Shown here: positions 1-14,100 of the stretch, in pieces
How the letters are laid out: the number at the start of each line of letters is the position of its first letter
How positions within the stretch are numbered: the stretch's first letter is position 1
Assembly (NCBI GenBank): GCA_964016885.1
Contig: OZ024741.1
Location: 364,374,001-364,438,000, forward strand
DNA: 64,000 bases
DNA from: Eledone cirrhosa
Taxonomy: Eukaryota
Direction: 5' to 3'
The notes under the pieces: model-generated
What the model saw: the letters and a program-made list of their open reading frames with translations, nothing else
Database searches by the model: none
What the model was told of the DNA's origin: nothing
Made by a program: the position numbers and the translations under genes

Positions 1-115
1 TTTTGATATTAATAGATTTGTGCTGTTAATAATGATGGTAATAGCCTTGAATGTGTTTAATCTTTAGTGTCCAGGATTGGTATGCCATATACACCTAGAT
101 TACTGGATATATGAA

Positions 116-772
116 CCATCTTCATCATTTTACATTGGCTTTTTCATGCCTGCATGGGTTGGATGAGTCTTTTCCAGCACAGCATTCCTCCACCCATTAC
201 AGTCCTTTGTCATCTCCTCTGTGAGCTTCAGCAATTTGAGGTTAGCTCTTATAACTTCTGCCCAGATTTCTCCTACCATAGCTTTCTTATACTGGGATTT
301 CTTGGCACATCTTCACCCAATGATCATTATCAATAAGAATCACATGTCCATACCAGCACAATCTCTCTCCTGTACAGTACATCTGATTCCTCTTAGGCCC
401 AACTTATCTCTTAGCTCAACCATGTTTTATGTCATTCACACATATTAATAATGTACATCCATCAAATCATGCTCTCTTCATTTCTCTCCAGCTTTAGCAT
501 ATCCTCTGCATTTATTGCCCATGTCTTACTACCATGCAATATCACATATTGCATGGTATACATCACATACAGCTGGCTCTTCATTCATAGAGGCCATAAT
601 GGAGGAGATTATAACTAGCTGTTCATGGGAACTTCTATATGCTGATGACCTGGTTCTTATAACCAAATTGGTGGAAGAGCTAAAGAAGTATGGAAACTAA
701 AAGACAATGATAAAAAGATTTGTGTTTTGATAAAGTAAGGGTTTACATGAGAGCGACCCTATAGTTTATGTT
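116..772 (-). mobile_element. Decayed RTE-like LINE: 3' part on - strand (116-~577) joined to an inverted RT piece on + strand (~578-700)
   Basis: The + strand reads EAIMEEIITSCSWELLYADDLVL (YADD RT motif). The - strand carries C-terminal LINE sequence resembling 2140-2400 and a (GAT)-type tail near 116-127. Possible degenerate TSD at 98-115 / 773-790. Confidence 0.7.
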
Positions 773-1084
773 GATTACTGATATGTGGAAGTGATTAAAG
801 ATAAAACTGTTAATTTGATAATTTATCTCTAGGATATATTTACATAAATATTCAGCATGTATGTAAAAATGACATACAGATTAACTGTATGAATAATGTT
901 GGAAAAAGTATTTACAGGGACAAATGTAAGGTTAGAACCCAGGAGCTTGTGACTGGAAAGCAAAGTTCTTATTATAGTAACATGACTGAAATAGGAATTG
1001 CATTGTATGTGTACATTTCAGGGTACATTTCAGAGTGTTATAAAACAGATATATATATATTGTAAACTAAGTAATACTAAATAG

Positions 1085-3003
1085 TGTCATACTGAATGAT
1101 TGGTGCAGCAGCATCATTGTCAACTGCTACAAGGTTAAAGGAGATGCACTAGATAGAGGAAACTATAGAGACATCAAGCTGATGGACTAGGTCATGAAAG
1201 TAACAGAAAGAGTTATAGTACAGCTGATTAGAGACTGGGTTTATCTAGATGAGATGCAGTTCAAATTTGTGCCAGGTAAAAGCACCACAGATGCTTTCTT
1301 ACTTGTGAAGCAGCTACAGAAGAATTACGTAGCTAAAAGTAAGCCGCTCTACCTGGCATTTGTTGATCTGGAGAAAGCTTTCAACAGAGTTACCCATGCT
1401 TAGAAAACTAGGAGTAGATGAGTGGCTTGTGAAGGCTGTACAAGCTATGAATAGGGGAGCAGTCAGCAAAGTTAGGATTAACAACAACTATAGCGAGGAA
1501 TTTAGTGTTCAGGATGGCATCTACCAGGTTCTTAGCCCTCTCCTGTTTATTATTGTACTGCTGGCTATAACAGAGGAGTTTAAGATTGGCTACCCATGGG
1601 AACTTCTCTACAAAGAGGATCTTACACTCATAACTGAGTCTATGGCAGAACTAGAGAACAAATTCTAAATCTGGAAGCATGGCCTAGAAAAAATGGGTCT
1701 TAAATTTAACCTGACAAAGACTAAGGTCCTTGTAAGTAGAAGGGAAAACAGAGCCCTGATTCCCTCGGAGAAATGACCTTGCTCAATGTGTTAGTAGAAA
1801 TTCTACTAGGTGTTAGTAGAAATTCTATCCTCTGTCTCAAATGCAAACTATGGGTACACAACAGATGTAGTGGGATCTCAGGTAGTTTAGCTAAAAACGT
1901 AGGCTTTACACGTAGCCATTGCACCGGAGCAGTAAGCAGTAAACGATCACAGAAGACAAGCACTATCAAATTCTGGGAAGGTTCAGTAGAAGCAGTAGAC
2001 AGCTTCTGCTACCTGGATGACCAAATTAGCAGAGGGGGTGGATGTTCCGAAAGTACAATAGTCAGGGTGAGAACGGAATGGAAAAAGTTTGGGGAGCTAC
2101 TGCCACTGCTAGCTACAAAAGGCTTTTCCCTCAAAATGAAAGACAGACTATACGATGTGTGCATACGAACAGCAATGTTGCACTGTAGTGAAACCTGGGT
2201 GCTGTGTGCAGAGGACCTGTGAAGATTAGAAAGAAATGAAGCTTGCATGCTCCGATGGATCTGTAATAGTAATGTACATGAACTGCAAACCATAAACGAA
2301 CTGAAAGAGAAACTAGGCATGAGAGGAGATTGTGTTGGTATGGACATATGGTGTGTATGAAGAATAAAAGCTGCATAGAAAGATGTAGAGCACTCAAAGT
2401 TGATGAAAGCTATGGAGTGGGTGACCCAGGAAGACTTGCGACGAGTCGATAAAAGCTGACCGTGCACAATTGCACCTCTTAAAGGCAATGACACAGGACC
2501 AAGATCTCTGGTGTTATGCAGTAATACAGAAGATCCACCTTCCTTTGAGCACAGGCTGAAGCATACATACAGTATGTATCACCTTCACTTCCACCCGACC
2601 CCCTTCCATACACTTTCCATGATCACAGGCTAAAGCATACATCTAGTGTGCACCACCTTCACCTCTACCTCCTTCCATTTTCCTCCCATGTCCTAACACT
2701 TTGCCCTTCAACACACCCAAATACCCACCTCCCCAATACCCACACAGCTCTCCCATCAAAGTCTCCAGGTCACACTGTAAAGTGGTCATGTAGGCATCAC
2801 AACAAAAGGCATCCAGCCCACACTGTAAAGTGGTCATGTAGGTGTCACGACAAAAAGCACCCAGTACTCACTGGGTTAGTGTCAGGAAGGGCATCAAGCT
2901 GTAGAAACCAAGCCAAAATCAGTTCTGTATGAGCAAGACATGGTCATCTGGACAACCCATGCTAATGTGGAAAAATGGATGTTAAATGGTGATGATGATG
3001 ATG
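1085..3003 (+). mobile_element. 5'-truncated, frameshifted RTE-clade LINE (RT pseudogene) with 3' region and (GAT)n tail
   Basis: Fragments MQFKFVPGKSTTDAFL, YLAFVDLEKAFNRV, LSPLLFIIVL, PWELLY, FCYL, RLYDVCIRTAMLHCSETW are broken by stops and frameshifts; ends in gatgatgatgatg at ~2990-3003. Confidence 0.85.
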
Positions 3004-3754
3004 TATATATATATATATATATATATGAGAGTGAGAGAGAGAGAAAGTTAGACACACATAGCATATTGTTATGGTTGGTTTATAACATTTCCACCAGGCT
3101 GGTACTTTATTTATCAACGCCAGAAAGATGAAAGGCTGACATGAGTATGATTTAAACTCAGAATGCAAAGTGCTTAAATAAATACTGCAAAGCATTTTGT
3201 CTGGTGCTCTAATGTTTCTGCTAATTAGAGTCAAATCTCTAATGTTTAATTTGATTTTATCATGTTTAATATCCTTATCTATCCACTGAAAATGAATGAC
3301 ACTTTCCCATTATAAATGTATGAAGTAAGATAAGGTGTGGTTATACTAAATAAGCTGCTATTGTTTAGATTGTCATTTGAAATTATTCTTTTATTCTTTT
3401 ACTTGTTTAGTCTTTAGACAGTGGCTATACTGAGACATCACTATTATTTTTAATTGAACTGAAAGTTTAAAAACTCTAGCTGTGTATAAAAAAGCATGTT
3501 AAATGACTTGGCTGTTTGGTTTAGGAGTTTGATTCTCAACCATGTGGTTTCAGGTTCAGTATCACCACAGAGTATTTTGGGTGTTTTCTTAGCATGCAGT
3601 ATTTTCTCCTATACTCTTATGGCTCAGTCAATTCACTTCTTGGAACATAACAAAATGTTATTAAATAAAATTACAGTGGAAAATCTTAATTCAAATATGG
3701 TAATGCTTAAACAAGAAGTTTTATATCATAGAACTAGAGGTGATCTCAAGAGGG

Positions 3755-4197
3755 TTAACCCTTTCATGAACACATTAACGAAACATTTTGTGGTATTTAC
3801 TAAAATTGTTTATTTCCTTATTAAGATAGTATTTGTATAGTAAAGAAAAAGTTTTTATATCCAATTCTGTTGGAATATTTTAATTTAAACAGGAATCTTT
3901 AAAAATGGGTGATTTTATTTCATAGAACCAGAGGCAGTTTTGTGCAAGTTGGTGTCAAAAGGGTTTTATTACCAAATTGCTTGAAATTGCCCTGGTTCTA
4001 TGAAATAAAACTCTTTATTTCAAAGTATTTATATTTATCTAAACATCTTTCATCATGATTTTATGTAAGAACCTTTATTAAGTTATGTTACAAACACAAG
4101 CTTGACCATGAGAAAGTTATTCTGTTAAATTCTGTTAAATTCTTGATTATTTTCAAATTATTTGAAAATTCATGAGAAATATGGTAACAAGGGTTAA
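3755..4197. mobile_element. Two adjacent degenerate AT-rich MITE copies with TTAACCCTT / AAGGGTTAA ends
   Basis: ttaaccctttc at 3755 and aagggttaa ending at 4197. Related sequence recurs at ~28519-28932, 29129-29338, 32880-33593, 38315-38700 and 50870-51030. Confidence 0.55.
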
Positions 4198-4225
4198 ATA
4201 ATATTGCATTGGAAGATTTCAATAT

Positions 4226-5714
4226 TGTAGGGCGGGTAAAATTCCCGAGATCCATGGATGAGTTCTCTCCAGCGGTCTCTGTCCCTCATTATTGCTGCCA
4301 TGTCCTGCATCTCCAATATACCAGTGTCTGTCCTTAGGGCATCAACATACGTTAACCTTGGTCTTCCTCTTCCAGTGTGTCCATGTAGGGGCTCCCTCAG
4401 GAGCACTGAGTGCAATGTCAACTCTGGATATCGGTGAGCATGTCCAGCTAACCTCAGTCTCCTCTGTGTCACTTTTAAGCTGACCTTTGGGAGGCTCCCA
4501 TACAGCTCTGAGTTTTTCATCCTCAGTGTATACTGATTAATGTTCAGAGCCATCCTCAGCAATCTCGTGTAGCACCCATCCACCATCTGAGTGAGTTTCT
4601 TGGTCAGTGTCCAAGTCTCAGACCCGTACAGCAGCACAGACTCCACTACAGCAATGAAGAGGCGGATCTTCAGGATTTACGAAGGTCCGACTTCCACACC
4701 GATCTCAAGCTGTGGCACGCCGCCCAGGCTTTGCTCTTCCTCTCAACCACATCATCTTCCATATTCCCAGTCTTTACTCCCAAATACAGGAAGTCCTCAA
4801 CCAATTCTAGTGGCTTCCCACCTACATTAGTGATCCCCCCCTGGCTTTTCAACATTCTCTACCAGATATTTTGTTTTAGTCTCATTCATTCTCAGCCCCA
4901 CACTCATCGACACCGTCTCAACCTCCTGCATCAAATCCTCTGCCTCCTTCACTGTATTTGTCACCAAAACTATGTCGTCGGCAAATTCAGCATCTGATAT
5001 CTTTTTCGCCTTAACTCTCCTGCTCTGAGCCGGTACTACAGTAAAGCCAGAGTCCTGAGGAGATTAGGCGGCTGTTTGAAGAACTGGATATTGAGACAGA
5101 GCCCTTCACCAGAGAGGAGCTTCAGAGAGCCAATAAGAAAATCAAGGAAGGCAAGTCTCATGGAGAAGATGGAGTGGCATCAGAGGTGATGAAGAGGTGT
5201 GATTTTGATGATATCATCCTGGGGTTCTGTAACCAGGCACTGGAGAAAGGAGTTGCCCCGAATCAGTGGAGGATCAGTAACATCGTCCCAGTGCCAAAGA
5301 AGGGAGATCTCTCTAGCACCAACAACTACAGGGGATCTCACTGACGTCACTTGTGGCAAAGACCCGCAACAGAATGATTCTTAACAGGATCCAGCCTGAG
5401 ATGGAGAAGAAGCTCAGGGACAACCAGAACGGCTTCAGAGAGGGAAGATCAACCACCAGTCACATCCTGATGCTGAGGAGGATATTAGAGGGAGCTAGAG
5501 CAAAGTGCCTTCCTGCGGTCATGGTTTTCATTGACTTTAGGAAGGCCTTTGATTCTGTGGACCGTCACTGCCTGATGAAGATCTTACAGGCTTATGGAAT
5601 CCCCAAGAAGATAGTGGACCTGATATCACTTCTCTACACCAACACCAAAGCCCAAGTCATTACACCTGATGGGATGATACATTGGCTCCCTACCTTTTTA
5701 TCATCGTATGTGCC
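4226..5714 (-). mobile_element. RTE-like LINE with inverted 5' segment (3' half on -, 4226-~5060; 5' half on +, ~5070-5710) and ~21-bp TSD
   Basis: The + half has NYRGIS, QNGFREGRSTT and FIDFRKAFDSV. The - half has EFADDIVL, FLYLG, SVLLYGSETWTLT and GRGRPRLTY. Flanks are ttgcattggaagatttcaatat (4204-4225) and ttgcactggagatttcaatat (5715-5735). Confidence 0.85.
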
Positions 5715-6463
5715 TTGCACTGGAGATTTCAATATAAACATGTTAAAACAGTAAGTTTTGTATCAGAGGACCAAAGTTGGTCTCATGATGGTTAATTCTC
5801 ATTTGTCATCATCATCATCATCTGTATCAAATAAGAATGGTAATTTATTGTGAGATCTCTGTTAGAAAAATTCTCTTAATTGATAAGACTAGTTCTTGAG
5901 CTTATTTCAAATCTGCCTTCTATTAAAGTATGTCAATTCTAATTCATTGCAAATGTAATCGTATATTTTGAGTTTTGAATTGGTCATATCTAACATAATT
6001 TGATTAATTGGTTTTTGAAAATTTATTTCTATGAAAAATAAAAAAATTGCTGTTACTGTTTTTTCTTTTTGAAGAAGTCAAACTGAAACTTATCTTGTTC
6101 ATGAGGTTAATGCTTCAACTTGTGATTTACTTTGTTAATTTTATGAGTAAATCTTAATTAGGGATTCCAGACCATATAAATGAGTTTTCCACAAGTCAGT
6201 ACCACATCAACAACCCACAGGGTACCCATTCTTTTAACACTCCTCAAGTACATTCCCTCTTTTTTTCTAAAATTTTGAAAACCTAGGATTATTTCTAAGT
6301 TGACAGTATTTTTCAACTGCTAAAAAGTCTTTGATTCCAAAACACAAATGAATGTACTAGAGTTACTTCCAGACAAAAGAGAAATTATACATCATTGTGA
6401 CAATATTTCACAAATTAATAGTCTTCCTACCTTCTATTACATTGGTTCCTAAATATATTTTAG

Positions 6464-6590
6464 GTGGCACATTGGCAGAATTGTTAGAATGCCAGATAGA
6501 TTGCTTTGCGATATTTGTTCTGGCTTTCTGTAGTCTGAGTTCAAATCCCATCAAGGTTAACTTTGCCTTTCACCCTTTAGAAGTCAATAA
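6464..6590 (+). mobile_element. tRNA-derived SINE fragment with Nin/Deu-like core
   Basis: A-box-like tggcagaattgtta, B-box gagttcaaatcc, then aggttaactttgcctttcaccc. Confidence 0.55.
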
Positions 6591-6980
6591 CTATATTTTT
6601 TCCTCTCCCTCTCTATATCTTTGGAAGAAATCATCTGTGTTCAAACCTGGAGATAGATGGTCTCCACCAGATTTAAAATACCCAAGACATGTCATATATT
6701 CCTATAGCGACCCTACAACTCAATCAGGTGTTAAGTGCATGCACACAGACTTATTTTGTGATGGAACCTTTATATACTTTTCCAAAAACCATGGAATCTA
6801 TACCTATATTATGCTGAGTCCCCCACCATAATTTTAATAAGACATACAATAACACCAAAATTGTTTCATTTACTGTTGGTTGTGTTTGAGTAATTTATTT
6901 TTAACAAGTTCCTTTATTCTAAATTTCTCTTTGAGCTCTTTTGGATTCCTGTATGTTTTTTTGATGTCAATAGGTAGTGA

Positions 6981-7290
6981 AAGCATATAGCTTCATGCTT
7001 AGTGTGTTCAGCTCATAATTGTAAGGTCACAAATTTGATTCTCAGTGGTGTGTTGTGTTCTTTAGCAAGACATTTTATTTTACATTGCTCCAGTTCACTT
7101 GACTAGGAAAAATCGTGTTGTACCTGTAATTCACAGGGTTAGCCTTGTCAAACACTATTTCATGCTGAATCTCCCTGTTAAGGATACATATGTCAGCCAC
7201 TTGGATGTTAATTTCACAAGTGGACTGTTTTGTTGATTGAACAACTGGAGCACTCACCATCAGAACTGACAAAGGTCCAATGCACAATCA
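6981..7290 (+). mobile_element. tRNA-derived SINE, diverged but uninterrupted copy
   Basis: tRNA-like head, then agcaagacattttattt core; homologous to the - strand copies at 60020-60645 and ~46390-46540. Confidence 0.6.
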
Positions 7291-7320
7291 CTAATATGAT
7301 TCCACATGTATTTTATCTGT

Positions 7321-7520
7321 GCATGGCTGAGTGGTTAGAGAATTGGATTTGCAATTGTGAGGTTGTGAGTTTGATTCCCAGACTGGGTGATGCGTTATGT
7401 CCTTGAGCAAGACACTTTATTTCACGTTGCTCCTTCTACTTGGAGTTGCAACCGATAGATATTATTAGCAATTGGAAAGACCTATAGAAACATTGTTTCC
7501 TCGGTCCGATTTGACGAAAG
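7321..7520 (+). mobile_element. tRNA-derived SINE
   Basis: A box tggctgagtggt, B-box-like gagtttgattcc, core tgtccttgagcaagacactt; close copy at 39017-39215. Confidence 0.7.
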
Positions 7521-8176
7521 TCAATCGACCTGTTATGCTCTAAATTAAAATCCTGCCAAGGTTAACTTTGCTTTTCATATTTCCAGTATTGATAAAATAT
7601 ATTACCACTACCAGTCAAGTACTGAGGTCAATTTCATCAACTAAACTCTCCTACAAATATATGTGGCCTTGATACAATGTTAGAAATTTATATATTTATG
7701 AAAGTAACTGTTGGCACCAGGAAGAGCATTCAGTCATAAAACATTGTCTCAAAAAGGATCCTGTGATGAGTATTGAGCTTATCATGAGACCTGCAAGGTT
7801 AATCTATATTTTAGCAGGGAAAAATGGCCTTAAAATGGTTTTGGAATGAAGGTTCTACCACTATATAATGTTACCCTTTAAAGTTGGCCAGATCAGAGGA
7901 GTGTGCACAATATATTTTGAGGGAACCTAATCACATCAAGTTCTCATCCTTTTATTCTGTTTTGTTACTTGTAGGTATATCATATATTCTGCATGTACAT
8001 ATATAAATCTATAACCCATACATACATCATATGTATTTAGCACTGATTACTAAAACACTTAATCAACTGCTTGAAATAGGGTGACAGTGCATTTGGAACC
8101 TACAATTTACAAACATCTGAAAAATGTCACAATAAACTGCACTGCTGCACAAATGTAGAAAAGAAAATGGAGCGTA

Positions 8177-11100
8177 CCTTACCTGAGAAGTGAAAACATG
8201 CCTTTGGGCTTTAGCATCTACTGTGTACTAGTCACTGTCTCCTTACCTGAGAAGTGAAAACATGCCTTTGGTCTGTAGCATCTACTGTCTACTAGTCACT
8301 GTCACCTTACCTGAGCAGTAAAAACATGCCTTTGGTCTTTAGCATCTACTGTCTACTAGTCACTGTCTCCTTACCTGAGCAGTGAAAACATGCCTTTGGT
8401 CTTTAGCATCTACTGTCTACTAGTCACTGTCACCTTACCTGAGCAGTAAAAACATGCCTTTGGTCTTTAGCATCTACTGTCTACTAGTCACTGTCACCTT
8501 ACCTGAGCAGTAAAAACATGCCTTTGGTCTTTAGCATCTACTGTCTACTAGTCACTGTCACCTTACCTGAGCAGTGAAAACATGCCTTTGGTCTTTAGCA
8601 TCTACTGTCTACTAGTCACTGTCACCTTACCTGAGCAGTGAAAACATGCCTTTGGTCTTTAGCATCTACTGTCTACTAGTCACTGTCAACTTACCTGAGC
8701 AGTAAAAACATGCCTTTGGTCTTTAGCATCTACTGTCTACTAGTCACTGTCAACTTACCTGAGCTGTAAAAACATGCCTTTGGGCTTTAGCATCTACTGT
8801 CTACTAGTCACTGTCAACTTACCTGAGCAGTAAAAACATGCTTTTGGTCTTTAGCATCTACTGTCTACTAGTCACTGTCAACTTACCTGAGCAGTAAAAA
8901 CATGTCTTTGGTCTTTAGCATCTACTGTCTACTAGTCACTGTCTCCTTACCTGAGCAGTAAAAACATGCCTTTGGTCTTTAGCATCTACTGTCTACTAGT
9001 CACTGTCACCTTACCTGTGCAGTGAAAACATGCCTTTGGTCTTTAGCATCTACTGTCTACTAGTCACTGTCACCTTACCTGAGCAGTAAAAACATGCCTT
9101 TGGGCTTTAGCATCTACTGTCTACTAGTCACTGTCACCTTACCTGTGCAGTGAAAACATGCCTTTGGTCTTTAGCATCTACTGTCTACTAGTCACTGTCT
9201 CCTTACCTGAGCAGTAAAAACATGCCTTTGGTCTTTAGCATCTACTGTCTCCTAGTCACTGTCACCTTACCTGTGCAGTGAAAACATGCCTTTGGTCTTT
9301 AGCATCTACTGTCTACTAGTCACTGTCTCCTTATCTGAGCAGTGAAAACATGCCTTTGGTCTTTAGCATCTACTGTCTACTAGTCACTGTCACCTTATCT
9401 GAGCAGTAAAAACATGCCTTTGGGCTTTAGCATCTACTGTCTACTAGTCACTGTCACCTTACCTGAGCAGTGAAAACATGCCTTTGGTCTTTAGCATCTA
9501 CTGTCTACTAGTCACTGTCACCTTATCTGAGCAGTAAAAACATGCCTTTGGTCTTTAGCATCTACTGTCTACTAGTCACTGTCACCTTATCTGAGCAGTG
9601 AAAACATGCCTTTGGTCTTTAGCATCTACTGTCTACTAGTCACTGTCTCCTTACCTGAGCAGTGAAAACATGACTTTGGTCTTTAGCATCTACTGTCTAC
9701 TAGTCACTGTCACCTTACCTGAGCAGTAAAAACATGCCTTTGGTCTTTAGCATCTACTGTCTACTAGTCACTGTCACCTTATCTGAGCAGTGAAAACATG
9801 CCTTTGGTCTTTAGCATCTACTGTCTATTAGTCACTGTCACCTTACCTGAGCAGTGAAAACATGCCTTTGGTCTTTAGCATCTACTGTCTACTAGTCACT
9901 GTCACCTTACCTGAGTAGTGAAAACATGCCTTTGGTCTTTAGCATCTACTGTCTACTAGTCACTGTCTCCTTACCTGAGCAGTGAAAACATGCCTTTGGT
10001 CTTTAGCATCTACTGTCTATTAGTCACTGTAACCTTACCTGAGCAGTGAAAACATGCCTTTGGTCTTTAGCATCTACTGTCTATTAGTCACTGTCACCTT
10101 ACCTGAGCAGTGAAAACATGCCTTTGGTCTTTAGCATCTACTGTCTATTAGTCACTGTCACCTTACCTGAGCAGTAAAAACATGCCTTTGGTCTTTAGCA
10201 TCTACTGTCTCCTAGTCACTGTCTCCTTACCTGAGCAGTGAAAACATGCCTTTGGTCTGTAGCATCTACTGTCTACTAGTCACTGTCACCTTACCTGAGC
10301 AGTAAAAACATGCCTTTGGTCTTTAGCATCTACTGTCTCCTAGTCACTGTCTCTTTACCTGAGCAGTGAAAACATGCCTTTGGTCTTTAGCATCTACTGT
10401 CTACTAGTCACTGTCACCTTACCAGAGCAGTAAAAACATGCCTTTGGTCTTTAGCATCTACTGTCTACTAGTCACTGTCACCTTACCTGAGCAGTGAAAA
10501 CATGCCTTTGGTCTTTAGCATCTACTGTCTACTAGTCACTGTCAACTTACCTGAGCAGTAAAAACATGCCTTTGGTCTTTAGCATCTACTGTCTACTAGT
10601 CACTGTCAACTTACCTGAGCAGTAAAAACATGCCTTTGGGCTTTAGCATCTACTGTCTACTAGTCACTGTCAACTTACCTGAGCAGTAAAAACATGCCTT
10701 TGGTCTTTAGCATCTACTGTCTACTAGTCACTGTCAACTTACCTGAGCAGTAAAAACATGTCTTTGGTCTTTAGCATCTACTGTCTACTAGTCACTGTTA
10801 CCTTACCTGAGCAGTGAAAACATGCCTTTGGTCTTTAGCATCTACTGTCTACTAGTCACTGTCACCTTACCTGAGCAGTGAATACATGCCTTTGGTCTTT
10901 AGCATCTACTGTCTACTAGTCACTGTCACCTTACCTGAGAAGTGAAAACATGCCTTTGGTCTTTAGCATCTACTGTCTACTAGTCACTGTCTCCTTACCT
11001 GAGCAGTGAAAACATGCCTTTGGTCTTTAGCATCTACTGTCTACTAGTCACTGTCACCTTACCTGAGCAGTGAAAACATGCCTTTGGGCTTTAGCATCTA

Positions 11101-14100
11101 CTGTCTACTAGTCACTGTCAACTTACCTGAGCAGTAAAAACATGCCTTTGGTCTTTAGCATCTACTGCCTACTAGTCACTGTCAACTTACCTGAGCAGTA
11201 AAAACATGTCTTTGGTCTTTAGCATCTACTGTCTACTAGTCACTGTTACCTTACCTGAGCAGTGAAAACATGCCTTTGGTCTTTAGCACCTACTGTCTAC
11301 TAGTCACTGTCACCTTACCTGAGCAGTGAAAACATGCCTTTGGTCTTTAGCATCTTCTGTCTACTAGTCACTGTCACCTTACCTGAGAAGTGAAAACATG
11401 CCTTTGGTCTTTAGCATCTACTGTCTACTAGTCACTGTCTCCTTACCTGAGCAGTGAAAACATGCCTTTGGTCTTTAGCATCTACTGTCTACTAGTCACT
11501 GTCACCTTACCTGAGCAGTAAAAACATGCCTTTGGGCTTTAGCATCTACTGTCTACTAGTCACTGTCACCTTACCTGTGCAGTGAAAACATGCCTTTGGT
11601 CTTTAGCATCTACTGTCTACTAGTCACTGTCTCCTTACCTGAGCAGTAAAAACATGCCTTTGGTCTTTAGCATCTACTGTCTACTAGTCACTGTCACCTT
11701 ACCTGTGCAGTAAAAACATGCCTTTGGTCTTTAGCATCTACTGTCTACTAGTCACTGTCACCTTATCTGAGCAGTGAAAACATGCCTTTGGGCTTTAGCA
11801 TCTACTGTCTACTAGTCAATGTCACCTTACCCGAGCAGTAAAAACATGCCTTTGGGCTTTAGCATCTACTGTCTACTAGTCACTGTCACCTTATCTGAGC
11901 AGTGAAAACATGCCTTTGGTCTTTAGCATCTACTGTCTACTAGTCACTGTCACCTTATCTGAGCAGTAAAAACATGCCTTTGGGCTTTAGCATCTACTGT
12001 CTACTAGTCACTGTCACCTTATCTGAGCAGTGAAAACATGCCTTTGGTCTTTAGCATCTACTGTCTACTAGTCACTGTCACCTTATCTGAGCAGTAAAAA
12101 CATGCCTTTGGTCTTTAGCATCTACTGTCTACTAGTCACTGTCTCCTTACCTGAGCAGTGAAAACATGACTTTGGTCTTTAGCATCTACTGTCTACTAGT
12201 CACTGTCACCTTACCTGAGCAGTGAAAACATGCCTTTGGTCTTTAGCATCTACTGTCTACTAGTCACTGTCACCTTATCTGAGCAGTGAAAACATGCCTT
12301 TGGTCTTTAGCATCTACTGTCTACTAGTCACTGTCTCCTTACCTGAGCAGTGAAAACATGACTTTGGTCTTTAGCATCTACTGTCTACTAGTCACTGTCA
12401 CCTTACCTGAGCAGTAAAAACATGCCTTTGGTCTTTAGCATCTACTGTCTACTAGTCACTGTCACCTTATCTGAGCAGTGAAAACATGCCTTTGGTCTTT
12501 AGCATCTACTGTCTATTAGTCACTGTCACCTTACCTGAGCAGTGAAAACATGCCTTTGGTCTTTAGCATCTACTGTCTACTAGTCACTGTCACCTTATCT
12601 GAGCAGTGAAAACATGCCTTTGGTCTTTAGCATCTACTGTCTACTAGTCACTGTCACCTTACCTGAGCAGTGAAAACATGCCTTTGGTCTTTAGCATCTA
12701 CTGTCTACTAGTCACTGTCACCTTATCTGAGCAGTGAAAACATGCCTTTGGTCTTTAGCATCTACTGTCTACTAGTCACTGTCTCCTTACCTGAGCAGTG
12801 AAAACATGACTTTGGTCTTTAGCATCTACTGTCTACTAGTCACTCTCACCTTACCTGAGCAGTAAAAACATGCCTTTGGTCTTTAGCATCTACTGTCTAC
12901 TAGTCACTGTCACCTTATCTGAGCAGTGAAAACATGCATTTGGTCTTTAGCATCTACTGTCTATTAGTCACTGTCACCTTACCTGAGAAGTGAAAACATG
13001 CCTTTGGTCTTTAGCATCTACTGTCTATTAGTCACTGTCACCTTACCTGAGCAGTGAAAACATGCCTTTGGTCTTTAGCATCTACTGTCTACTAGTCACT
13101 GTCACCTTATCTGAGCAGTAAAAACATGCCTTTGGGCTTTAGCATCTACTGTCTACTAGTCACTGTCACCTTACCTGAGCAGTGAAAACATGCCTTTGGT
13201 CTTTAGCATCTACTGTCTACTAGTCACTGTCACCTTACCTGAGTAGTGAAAACATGCCTTTGGTCTTTACCATCTACTGTCTACTAGTCACTGTCTCCTT
13301 ACCTGAGCAGTAAAAACATGCCTTTGGTCTTTAGCATCTACTGTCTACTAGTCACTGTCACCTTACCTGTGCAGTGAAAACATGCCTTTGGTCTTTAGCA
13401 TCTACTGTCTACTAGTCACTGTCTCCTTATCTGAGCAGTGAAAACATGCCTTTGGTCTTTAGCATCTACTGTCTACTAGTCACTGTCACCTTATCTGAGC
13501 AGTAAAAACATGCCTTTGGGCTTTAGCATCTACTGTCTACTAGTCACTGTCACCTTACCTGAGCAGTGAAAACATGCCTTTGGTCTTTAGCATCTACTGT
13601 CTACTAGTCACTGTCACCTTATCTGAGCAGTAAAAACATGCCTTTGGTCTTTAGCATCTACTGTCTACTAGTCACTGTCACCTTATCTGAGCAGTGAAAA
13701 CATGCCTTTGTTCTTTAGCATCTACTGTCTACTAGTCACTGTCTCCTTACCTGAGCAGTGAAAACATGACTTTGGTCTTTAGCATCTACTGTCTACTAGT
13801 CACTGTCACCTTACCTGAGCAGTAAAAACATGCCTTTGGTCTTTAGCATCTACTGTCTACTAGTCACTGTCACCTTATCTGAGCAGTGAAAACATGCCTT
13901 TGGTCTTTAGCATCTACTGTCTATTAGTCACTGTCACCTTACCTGAGCAGTGAAAACATGCCTTTGGTCTTTAGCATCTACTGTCTACTAGTCACTGTCA
14001 CCTTACCTGAGTAGTGAAAACATGCCTTTGGTCTTTAGCATCTACTGTCTACTAGTCACTGTCTCCTTACCTGAGCAGTGAAAACATGCCTTTGGTCTTT

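Noticed and set aside
1194-2222. Active reverse transcriptase gene
   Set aside because: Multiple stops and frameshifts and a degraded YADD motif; pseudogenised.
7321-7390. tRNA genes (also near 39017, 58648 and 62024)
   Set aside because: tRNA-like heads continue into SINE bodies and do not form a clean cloverleaf by eye.
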